The position numbers and the translations under genes were made by a program. The notes under the pieces were generated by a model, which was not told the DNA's origin, searched no databases, and saw only the letters and a program-made list of their open reading frames with translations. This document shows, in pieces, positions 52,854-64,000 of a stretch of 64,000 nucleotides of DNA. Numbering within the stretch: the first letter of the stretch is position 1; each line of letters opens with the position of its first letter. The stretch spans positions 18,290,001 through 18,354,000 of the forward strand of contig JBHGNT010000008.1 in assembly GCA_043228905.1 (NCBI GenBank), in the 5' to 3' direction. Origin of the DNA: Azolla caroliniana. Lineage: Eukaryota > Plantae > Polypodiophyta.

Positions 52854-53940
52854 TAAGGTACGCTACATCATCAGGAGAGCTAAGGTTCCCATGTTGCCAT
52901 ACTTCAACCGGTAGTGCCTTATGTATTGGAACGTGGTAATTCGCATTGCGTGATGTTGTTTCCAGATTTTCTGCCAAAATTAGTCCCTTAATTACTAACT
53001 ATGCATCTCATATTTGGGTTGTACACGCTAGACCACTTGTGGATCTGCAGTGGGATCCTGCGGATTATGGTTGGAAATTGTCCATGCCTAATAGTTCCAC
53101 TAAGGTCCTACCATTCTTCACATATTCGGTGGCATTCGGGAGAAACTTTATGTTGAGTCAGACTGAGTCAATACCTGCGGGAAAAAAGTATTGGGACGAA
53201 GGTAATTTATCATCTTCTCAGATGATGATGTTTTGGAAACACTTTTGGTCAATTAAATGTATGAACAAGATATTACACTTTCGTTGGTTGATGATTCATT
53301 ATGCATTGCCAGTAGGTGATTTGATGAGGGGATCTGTAATTGATCGGTCATGCGTTATGTGTGGTTATGCAAGTGAGTCATTGCATCATGTATTTTGGGA
53401 ATGTGTTGTCGCAAAAAAGTTTTGGTTTAGAATTCTTAGGCTACTAGGTTGTAAGTATAGGTCAGGGATTTTTACGTGGGGTGCAGTTTTATGGGGAAGG
53501 TTAGATCAACAAATGACTTTCTATCATCAGCATTATTCTTCTTTGTCATTACGTGTCACAAGTTTGCAGGTAGACTATGCTTCAACCTCCTTGCAGGGAA
53601 TCAAGTTTTTCTCCGGAAGTTATGTCTGGCAAATTGTCTCCTCTTTGGCTTTATGGATTCTTTAGAAAGCTAGGTGCTCTAAGCTATACAATGATGAAAA
53701 CACTCACATCGTGGATCAAGTTAAGTCCTTTTGGAACTTGTTGGTACATACAGTTAAAGGTTAATATGATAGTTATAAGGGTTCTGGACATACAACTAAT
53801 AAGAAAAGAATGAGAATTCGTAAAGTTTGGTCGTCTATACCTATTATGTTGAATGAAGCCGCAGATGTCAAGTGGAACTATGTACCGCCTCGATGGTTAT
53901 TCCCGCCACCGGCACCATCTTTAGTACAAATACCATGATA
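52854..53940 (+). mobile_element. 5'-truncated LINE (L1-like) with zf-RVT region
   Basis: 'KILHFRWLMIHYALPVG...CVMCGYASESLHHVFWEC...W' zinc-binding motif typical of ORF2 C-termini. Confidence 0.8.
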
Positions 53941-53949
53941 TAATATAGA

Positions 53950-55380
53950 TGACCGTTTATCTTTTTGTCAGGATAATTGATGTTGATGAAAATCAAGGAC
54001 ATGGCAAGCCAAAATTTGGTGCCGGTTAGCGATAAGGCAAGATGGTTGTTGTGGATGTAAGAAGCAATTTTCTTATGAGCGATAAGGAAGAGTGTAGATG
54101 GTGTGGGGGTTAATGAAGCATGTTATCATGAGTTGGTGAGGGATTTCTTTTACATTAATTTGTTTGTGGTCTATATGGCAGGATGCTTGATGGAAGGAAA
54201 TCAAGGACATGTCAAGACAAAATTTGGTGCCAATTAGCAAGAAGGCGAGATGGTTGTCATGGATGATGCTTGATGGAATTTGGTGTCATGGGATGGAGTG
54301 AAGAAGAGTTTAGGTTTCATATTAGGGAGTGCAACAAACAGGATAATCTTCTAGTTGTTGTCATGTAGTTATTGTCTTATACAGCTTATTAATGATGAGA
54401 GGATGAGTGGCGAGGGTGTGGGGGTTGAAGCAAATATATGAGGGGATGAGGAAACTTTATATTTTATATGTGTAGTCATGGAAGTTTTTATAGTTGGTAA
54501 GGATGAATGATGGTGTTGACGAGGGATTGAAGCGCATGTTTAGGAGGGGATACACACAATACATATATGCTATTGTTGTTTATACATGTTTTAGGAGTTG
54601 AACGAATAGATGGGTGACGTAGAAATGAAGCACATTGTTGATGTGCAAAATGAAGAGATTAGGAGGATATCACGACAGGTTCAAAATGGTATAAATTGAG
54701 ATAGGTGATGTGGTATTGAAGCAATTTGTCTAGTTTTTAGAGATATGAGAATGGTGGTGGTATGGGCTAAAGCAAGGTTTGATGTGGGGGCATGTTTTAA
54801 TTTCATGGTGATGATTGATGATGGCGGTAAGAATTGAAGCATGTGTCCCATATTGTTGTTGTTTGTTTGACAGGACCTTGATGGTAATCGGTTAATAGGT
54901 GAGATGTTGGATGGGACTGAATGAAGCAGTTTTTTCTGTGATAAGGATGAGTGAAGACGGTGGGGGGGTCGAAGCCGATTATGATGAGTGGGTGAGGAAA
55001 CTTGTAAACTGTTTTTGTGTTGTTAATACAGGTTTTGCGTGGACATTGGCAAGATGCTAGTCGACAAGTTGGCTGATGTGGACTAAAGGAAGAATTTTTA
55101 TGAGATAAGGATGAGTGAAGATGGTGGTGGGGTCGAAGTTGAATAGCATGAGTGGGTGAGGAAATTTTTATACTGAGTTCTATTGATTATGCAGGATTTT
55201 AGTGGACTTTGGCAAGATGTTGCAACATGCTAATCGCCGAGATGGCTAAAGTGGACTGTATGAAGCATTTTTCTTGTTATGAGGATGAGTGAAGATGGTG
55301 GTGTCGTCGAAGCATACTATAGAGAGTGGGTGAGGAAAGCTTTAGATTAACTGCTTGTGTTAATACAGAATGTTTATGGA
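53950..55380. repeat. Degenerate tandem repeats (~165-bp scale, 'gataaggatgagtgaagatggtgg')
   Basis: Recurrent motif at ~54940, ~55103 and ~55280, with weaker copies earlier. Confidence 0.55.
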
Positions 55381-56999
55381 CAATGCCAACTTATCAAACA
55401 ATTATGTGGGTTAAAAAAAGACAAAGGCTTCACACGCTTGTAACACTGAACAATGGAAGTATGCAAGCCACAATCTTTAAACCAGGGGGACATATAGTTT
55501 GCATTCAGTATGGAGGCCTTGACAATCTTCTCGAGGCATCAAACAAAGAGAAAAACAGAGGGTATTGGGATCTTGAATAGAACATCCCTTGAGGACTCTT
55601 GATCACCCGGAACGAGTGAAAGAAGATGGCGATTTACAGCCTACAACATGTTATGGAGATTGAAGGTTCTTGATTGCATAACAAAAGGGTATAGATTGCA
55701 TTTTACCTCGTTTGGTAGACCTTTGTGGAAGCTTTTTATAGAACAATTTTCAGATTGATTGTTTACTTTACTCTATTCTGAAGTCAAAACTTTTCATCAA
55801 AACTTTTGTTTTTTCAACCAGCATCTTATAAAGATGTTTTGGGGAAATTTTTGTATGTTGTTATGACTTTTCTAAATACTAATGGAAGTATACTTTCTTT
55901 TGAAAAAAAAAATTGTGTGAGGAACATGATATGTGTGTCAGACCTTTGCAGCAACCGGCTCTCAAACGGTTTGAGTGGCTAGAAGTGGCGACCCAATCTA
56001 GTCGTGAATTGGAAGAAAGGGATGGCTTTGCTTCCTTGACCCGCATAAGGATCGTGTCACATCCATTGTAAAGGGTCCCAACAAATCTTATGTAGCCATG
56101 TCTTCTCATGAGTACATATGTGTCATTCTGGTTGTACTTTGATCGGATCAGGATCTATAATCCATTTATGACCAGTATATAAGAGTACTCAAATTGCCGT
56201 ATTCAATGTTAGTGCTGCATTGTCTCGCAATTCATGGCCTTCGATCTTGCCTAGTGGTTCCCTAACTCTTGGGATCAAAGAGCCCTCTTCCTTGTATCTT
56301 ATCCACTTCTCCATTGTCTTCCTTTGATTAGTAGCTTCCCTAAGCAATAGAGCATTAATTATTGCAGATCTCATAGTCCACCTACCCCTAATTCCATGGA
56401 GTATGTTGGCTTGATCTTGTATTGGCAATGACATAAACTATCTCCAAAATTCTATACTCTTTCTTGGACCTTTTGCAACGTATCCCTATTGTAAAAGAAT
56501 ATGTGTGCGGAAGCGTATGCGAAACACAAAGTACACAGTTCCGTAAAACACAAAAAACGCAGAGATGGAGAGGGAGAAAGAGAGAGAGCAAAAAACTCAG
56601 TTCTATTTCAAAAAATAATAATGCTTTGTACATATTTCGTGCTCAGTGAGCACTTCTTATACACACCCTTAAATCGGGCTGACACAAGTACTGACAGTAC
56701 TTGACTACTCATAAATGAGCCTACTACACTATCTCCCAAAAATTATTCCTTACGAGGAATACCATACTTACGGCCTCTCAGTGTCCGCACCGTTACGGCC
56801 ATGTTGTGCATAATTGTTTTACGCACCCGATTACACACCGAATGTTGAGCTTGTCTCTCAACACCCATGATAGTCCCTTACTTGAGCCAATTAGTTGATC
56901 AGATTCATCTCTAATACATGAATTCCATAGGATGCATTGACTAAGCCAAACAGGTTCAGAATTAGGTTGATCGCACTTGAGCCCTTGTCTAATGGAGAA

Positions 57000-57770
57000 A
57001 GCAAGAGACAAATTAGTAGCACAAGAGACAAAATTTGATTTTTATTGGCTATGGAGAAGCCTCGGGTTATAAAGCATATAAAGCATACAATTCTCAAACA
57101 CACCAAATCTTCTTTAGTCATAGTATCATATTTCAAGAAGATAACCTACTCTCAAGGTTCTCAACTTCAACAATAGACAACGCATCTCCTTCAAATTTCC
57201 CACCTCTACTACCTACTCCACCCAATCCACATCCAATATATTCAATGTCAAAGACATCAACGTCAAGGAATTTTGAACTTAGTGAAAAGAACAATTCAAC
57301 TATTTCCTTGACACTTCCGGCTCAACACAAGTTCAAGGAAACTACTCCATCGGATTGTTCATCACAACAAGAATCAAAGGTCACTACTACTACTTCATCA
57401 AAAGGTTTAAATTGTTTACCTTCATCTGACAACACTAGTTGTAACAACATTACTTGCTCTACTCCCATTCCTATCACTCCAACTCATGCTTTTTCACCAT
57501 GATCCATTACAACTTCTACTCCACCATCATCCCCACCAACTAAGTATCGATCGCTAAATAGTATCTATAGACAACTTGATCAAACGGATGCACATTTTGT
57601 GGACTTGGACCATGAAGCTTATATAGAGCAAGAAGATAATCCAACACTTGGTGACGACACAAATCTATCCACCAAACATGCACTTTTAGAATTGGATTCT
57701 ACAAAATGGAAAGAGACTATTGGAGGAAGATAGGGAGGCTTTAATAAGAAATGGTACTTTGGACCCTACT
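57000..57770 (+). mobile_element. Degraded Copia fragment (integrase tail to RT start)
   Basis: 'IFIGYGEASGYKAYKAYN...IFFSHSIIFQED' motif followed by an S/T/P-rich linker. Confidence 0.7.
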
Positions 57771-58080
57771 CGAGCAAGCAAGTTGTATTAATTGATGTAA
57801 CTAAAGACAAAGATGAAATCTTAAAATTTTAGAAAATTTTCGTGTTAAGGGCATTCTTAATCCTAATAGAAATTATCTCCATAACGACCTCTTTCTTTTC
57901 TCCTCTTTCTCTTTCTCTCCTTTTCTTCTCTCTATACTTTCTTTTCTTACACCATTTTGTAATAAGATCATTAGAACAATAACTCTTGTCAAATTATAAC
58001 TATGGAGAGAATATACACTAGCTTTGTGAAGCTCAATACTCTAGTAGTCATTGGGATTATAATAATCATTCATTTATGAA

Positions 58081-60538
58081 CTATCTTGTGAAGCTCCAAA
58101 GATCAACTAATTGATCACATGAAGTATTATATAAGGATGGATTCATTATATTATTATAATGATCTAGTCGATTGTAAGGAGAGTCATGATCATGAGGGCC
58201 GTGTTGATCATGCATTATTGTATGTTTGTGGAAGCTTAATGTATTATTTTCATTAAGTGGATTGATCGATAATGGAGGTGGATGATGAATAATTAGATTG
58301 TCAATCGGCAAGTTGCAAAACTGATCCGGACACCGCCGATAGTTAATATTGTCGGCATTCGATCTAGTGGCAATGACACTAGTCTCATTATATAGGCTGC
58401 TCCATGTTGTCAAAGTACCATATTCTAATTCTACATTCATGTGTTGCCCATTATGGATGAGCTCAACTAGATTATCATGATCTGGCATGAAAACATTATC
58501 ATAATGATTCATGATCTTTCTATTATTATCACTACCATTGATGTTGTTGTTATGATCACATTGTTCAATGTCATCACTACCCTCATCATCATCATCATTA
58601 TTGTCATTTGAGCATATTAATGATGGAAGTTGAAAGCCATCATCGAACATTGATGCACCACTAGTGATGGCACAATCCTTTTCAATATAGTCATGATACC
58701 CATGATGATGATTCACATTATCTTCATTAATGGTGGGAGTACCCGTTACGTAATGATCGAATGCAATGTTATCAGTAGGGCTAGTAGAGATTATCAATGG
58801 ACATGACGACGATGTATTTTCATCTGACATTGTCTCCGATTTGATCCTTCCCAAGAAGTTTTCCGATGAAATTATGTCAACATCTTGATCCGATTTCGCA
58901 TCTACTTCACGGGTGTGCCGTACATTTCGTAGCTTTTTAGGTCTGCTTTTTAATGGTGTCTTTTCGGCATCGGACAATGTGTTGGTGTCGATGACATTAT
59001 CAGAATTACTAGATGTCATCGCCTTGTTATCGTCACGGGTAGTAGTAGCCTTTGATGATACCGGAAGGTTCCTTTTCTTGAATACTCGGCACACGACCCA
59101 CCCGCCCTCCTGCATTAAACCAATGTCAAGTTAATTAACTAGACCAAGTTATCGCACACGATTTTTATCTAACAATTTATCCCCAAATTCCCAATTGTTT
59201 AATGCAATAACTCGGACAATGCTTAATAAAATGACCCAGTCCACGCAAAATGTGGTGCACTAATGAATGTTGAAAAGGGTAAAAATCTGTGATGAAGTTG
59301 TTAAGAATATTTGGAAGTGTCCATGTAACATTTAAATCACTTTATAGACATAGTATAAACCATTGTTTGAAAAAAAAGTTTGAGGATGATGTAGCTTAGT
59401 AGGTTAAGACTTTATATGATCATGACACAAATTAGAGGTGTTGATCTAGCCATTGTGTATATATACATGTGCTATATATATATATATATATTGAAATTAT
59501 TGGAAGAGATAGACCTACATTGCCAGATTTGGATTCAATATTATTATGGTCCTTGTCATCTTCTAGGCGGTATTCGTGCATAATCCAATCGGTTTTCTTC
59601 CCGTGTGGGGCTCGGCCTCGGTAGAAGACAAGCGTTTTTCTCATCCCGATCATGTGAGAGACATTGAGCCGGACATCGGGTGCTGAGTGAACGGCCTTGT
59701 CCCGTCCGGTCGCTTTCCAGAAGCCCGCAACAGTAGCCCGATTCGTGCGAGTTCCCGTCGGATACTTCTTGTCCTTGTGGCTGAAGAAATACCACTCGGG
59801 CGCTTGAATAGATTGCGAATTCGCATCTATATTGCATTTCTCTACATGAAAACACATATTTAAGGGTAATGTTAGATTGCGAATTTGCATCTATATTGCA
59901 TTTCTCTACACAAAAAACACATATTTAAGGGTAATGTTAGATTGCGAATTCGCATCTATATTGCATTTCTCTACACAAAAAACACACATTTTTTAAGGTA
60001 ATGTTAGGTTATTAATTCCCAATGTCAAATGTAAAGTATCTAGGTAAGTATGTTCCATCGGCATCTCGCCTCGCCTCGAGAAGAAGCACAACGTAATGAC
60101 TAATCAAGATGTTTAGAAGGAAATGTGGACTGATTCATTAGACTCCAAGTGATGATAGTATGAAATGGACCAATGGTTGTAGGTTAGTGAGATTTAAGAG
60201 TATAAATTTGTTACTACGTACAATGTGAGGTTTAATATCGAAATGATATATGCTTTTGCTACATATATATATATACATATATACTAATGATGTGAAATCT
60301 AAAACTACAAGTGGATAAGAAAGATCATAATGTATATACCACGCAAGTCCCAAGGTTCTAGTTTGTTGAGATCGATCTCGGGGATGACATGGTCGAGGTG
60401 GAAGTTGTTGAGGTGAGTGTGGTTGTTGTCCATGGACACTTTGTTCTTGAGGTAGATGTTTACAAGCTCTTCATCGGTAGGGTGGAACCGGAAGCCGGGT
60501 GGGACACAATGACGTGAATTACGACCATTAGACTCCAT
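58081..60538 (-). CDS. NAC transcription factor, VNS (VND/NST/SMB) group. Exons 60538-60340, 59841-59519, 59109-58081; 516 aa
   Basis: '[15 protein letters not shown]', 'LEPWDL', '[32 protein letters not shown]', '[10 protein letters not shown]', LP-box-like 'QLPSL' and C-terminal 'DLWSF'. Canonical GT-AG introns in phases 1 and 0 give an open frame. Confidence 0.93.
59809..60007. repeat. Three tandem 64-65-bp copies spanning the NAC intron 1/exon 2 junction
   Basis: 'gattgcgaat(t/c)...tctcta' units start at 59811, 59875 and 59940. Confidence 0.9.
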
Positions 60539-60730
60539 TATTTATGTTCACTCCTATATATGTTATATGTTTCACTTGCAAATGTGAGGAGTATGGACCA
60601 ATTGGGTTGAACTATGAGGGAGGAACAATAATTATGATGATTGTGGAAGACCAGACAAGTTTCTATGAATGTATGAATGGAAGGAGTACTCTTGATTTAG
60701 GCATACATATATATAGATAGACATATAGAG

Positions 60731-60733
<3 letters not shown>

Positions 60734-60780
<47 letters not shown>
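60734..60780. repeat. (GA)n microsatellite upstream of the NAC start codon
   Basis: Read directly. It reads (TC)n on the gene strand, as is common in plant 5' UTRs and promoters. Confidence 0.9.
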
Positions 60781-60781
<1 letters not shown>

Positions 60782-61069
60782 ATATCTTCTATTTCTTTAT
60801 TTCTAACATATATTGTAGTATTTATTTATGAATTTATGTCTAGCAATAAGATGGATGGATACATGTATTATTGCTAAACTAACATATGGGCACGTACATA
60901 CGTATGTATGTATGTTTCATAAAGTAATGGATGTGTATGCCTATGTTGCATGTGTGCATGGATGTTTCTCTATCTCTCTAATGGGCTTACTTGGCAATAA
61001 TCTATTAGGCCATGACACAATATCATGGATTCAGATCCCTACTTCCAATATTGATACAACGGTCATCTT

Positions 61070-61225
61070 GACGAATAGGAGACCCATTGGTTGTGCGTGT
61101 TTGAGACATCTCAACTATGGCATTATTGGTCATGTGTGTGTGACATCTCAAAGAATAGGAGATCCATTGGTTGTGCGTGTTTGAGACATGTCAACTATGG
61201 CATTATTGGTCATGTGTGTGTAGGT
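61070..61225. repeat. ~82-bp tandem duplication upstream of the NAC gene
   Basis: 'gaataggaga(c/t)ccattggttgtgcgtgtttgagacat...catgtgtgtg' occurs twice. Confidence 0.85.
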
Positions 61226-64000
61226 CATCCCTCACATAACTATGTAGTATCTATAAGATACTCCAAAGTTCTAGTATCAATAGCAAAACATTGTTTCACT
61301 TAGGGCATGGAGTAGATAATAATTCCATGTACCTAATATGATAACACGTCAATCTTTATTGACACAATTTGTACTAGTAAATATAATCGACAAGTAGTAT
61401 TCCTTTTGAAGCTATGTTATTCATGTGGATAAGGGGACATGAAAAGTAAAGCATTAGAAGGATTCCAATACTTTGAAATTCTCTTAAAACTAGTAGAAGA
61501 TTAGGGTGTTGTTTACTAGTTTAACTTAGATTAATAACATCATAAGCCTAAGTGTATAAAATGATTAGAACATATGTGATATTATCACTCTTGTGATTGG
61601 ATCATCTATGGCATTTAGTCTCTAGATATTCTAAACCACCTAGTTGTGGACACACTGCATTCAAAAGGCATTATTATATCCTTGATTCTAGTTTAAGCCT
61701 CCCTACTAATGAGCATGATGTTATTAAGAATACCTCAGAATAATTCTTAGAGATCTTCCAAACGCATCATTTATCACAATTTTTACAGGGTTTGGAAGAT
61801 TGGATTCACTAATATATTTAACATCTTCTTCATTAAAGAGCGTGGGTGGATTTGAGCTAGCAAAATTCATGTATAGTGAAGACCTATTGTTTTGGTTATT
61901 TTGAGGATACTCCATCATGAATGAACACTAATCATGTGACTTTGATTAAGATGTCCAAGTGAATATTTAAAGAAGTAAAGCTTTCCACATGAATTATAGC
62001 ACACGCCTTCAAGCCTTTTTCCAGAATACTCTCTACAATATTAAAGACTCATGTTATATTTACCAACTACCGACATTCAGGCACGTCATTGTAAGGATGG
62101 AATGTAGTAGTTGCATTTTTAAAGCTTATTACATCAAAAAACAACATTTTAGTCCAAGATGCCATATTCCTCATAAAAATTACCGTATATATCACTTTCT
62201 CTTTTCTTACCCATTTTTTCAAGGACAATCCTTTTGTTCCTCTCTTCTAGATTTTGGTGTCTCTCTTGCATGACATTCAATATATATTGATGTACCTACT
62301 ACCTTTCATTGTCACACACAGTTCAACCAGATACATTTTATCCGTTTCATTCCTTAACTTGCAGCAATTCCGTAATCTACCTAAGTTGCCTTGATCTTGT
62401 TCTATTCAAGTTTCTAAGAATGTTCTACATCTTAGTTTAATCTCTTCAATCATGTTCATAAAGGCATAATTTTCTTTATATCTTGATACACTATCCGACT
62501 AAAGCTCATCTAGTTCTTTCCATGTTTGTTATACCTTCGAGGTTCAAACCACACTTTATTAAAGTGGTTGTGTAAAGATATCTATGTTTTACCCGAGAGT
62601 AAGGTCCATCAGGCAACCTCTTTTTACCTAGCTCCTTTTCCTCGAAAGAAATTACATTTTCATTTGAATTCGAATTTAAGAAGAGAATAGTTTTTGTCAT
62701 TCTACCCTAGCAATAAGATAATTTTATTTCCCATGTGTATCAAGTACTTACCCAGTGTACATGTTCATAATCTTTTCCATTCCAAATTTGAACTTTTTTA
62801 TAGATCCAATGTTAATGACCTCTTTTGTTCCAAATTTTAACTTTTTTTACATAGATAGGGCCAAATAGTTTACAATATCTAGGATTATGTGTAGGTAGAA
62901 CATCTTTCTAATTCCAAAGTTTCGCTTTTTCATAGCACTCTTTAAAACACATACACGCATTACCTATGTAAGTGGATGCATTTACATATGTATGTTGCCA
63001 ATATTCTCTTTGCCCCACTATATTATATGGCACACATGTACATAACATCAAGATACATACTACATGTTATTGATGGCGCATAGGTGAGTGACAAAGGCAA
63101 ACACTCTTCAACATCATGTGGATACAAAATGAGAGTAAGACATTAAGAAACTATGTAGGAGATTGAAAAAAAGGCAAATATGTCTTCTATATGTATGTGT
63201 AGATTGTCAAGTGATTGTGCATGTGCATGTTTGGTAGATCCTCATCAAAGCAATATACCCTTTGTTCACATTTAGGATACATATTTTCAAGCTAATGAAT
63301 ATATCTACACATGTCGATGGTTGCATTTATGCATCTTTCACATTTGTCAATCTAGTGAATATTTCGAGTATATAATTTAGTTTTTATCATTCGTCGTGGA
63401 GAGTGTCGTTGTAGAGCAACAAATCTCTCCTCGATCACCCAAACGAAGGACAATGTTTCATATCAACTTTAAAGCAAGGAATAAAGTCACCTATTTCTGT
63501 CCACCCATGTGCGTCTACCCCTGCATACTCTGACATCCATGACATCCTTGCCCTCTCTTTGAGTTCACCTTTGTAAGGATATTCTCTTACACATTGGACT
63601 TGTCCTAGTTCGACTACATGTGCAAAATATATCTTTGCATACCTGAAGGAACTTTGTTAAAATCATCATCTATATTGCCTACATATGAAATAAATATCAT
63701 GAAAGATATGGTTGCACGACTTTATAGCAAGGAAACTATGTGGTGATGTCGAAGGTTTATTCATCATCATGTCATGAAGAGATCAAAGTTGATTTGTTTT
63801 TTTAACTAACCAAGAAGAAGTAGCAGCATAGATATCAATATCACTCTAGCGTCACAATTCCTTGTACCCATGCATCATTAAATAAAGGGTGGGCAATCCT
63901 TTTGTTTATAGTATAATGTTCGACCAACTTGGTATAAGCAAACAATATTATTATTCTACAAATACCTTGGTACACGGTTGTGTGAAGAGTGGGTTGGGAC

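Noticed and set aside
41060-53940. A single LINE split by the Tcn1-like insertion
   Set aside because: The two LINE fragments are on opposite strands and both include the C-terminal region. No TSD is visible.
55380-56900. Minus-strand Copia remnant
   Set aside because: There are only faint RT-like traces, with no convincing PBS, LTR pair or TSD. Too degraded to call.
61300-64000. Possible gene or transposase fragments
   Set aside because: Only short AT-rich ORFs with no recognisable motif. Left unannotated.

Overview
This is land-plant nuclear DNA, probably from a seed-free plant such as a fern. That is an inference from the Tcn1/Tf1-type chromoviruses, the fungal-like Gypsy pol and the TTTAGGG repeats. 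Most of the window is a nested pile of LTR retrotransposons: several Ty1/Copia, Tcn1-like and Met-primed chromoviruses, and a tRNA-Trp-primed Gypsy-like lineage. It also holds LINE fragments, a MITE and simple repeats. Two host genes are present, both on the minus strand: a divergent RKD-type RWP-RK gene (~10.8-12.7 kb) and an intact 3-exon VNS-group NAC gene (58081-60538). Main observations: (1) a young, pol-less, Gag-only element in an LTR-ORF-LTR-ORF-LTR tandem (44933-50830) with an 18-nt tRNA-Trp PBS and a 4-bp TSD; (2) tRNA-like Pol III A/B-box cassettes in the same position and orientation (antisense, start of U3) in the LTRs of several different families; (3) a Tf1-like self-priming signature; (4) a telomere-repeat scar inside a protease gene; (5) a triplicated branch point/3' splice site in the NAC gene. 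All coordinates were read by eye and no searches were run.
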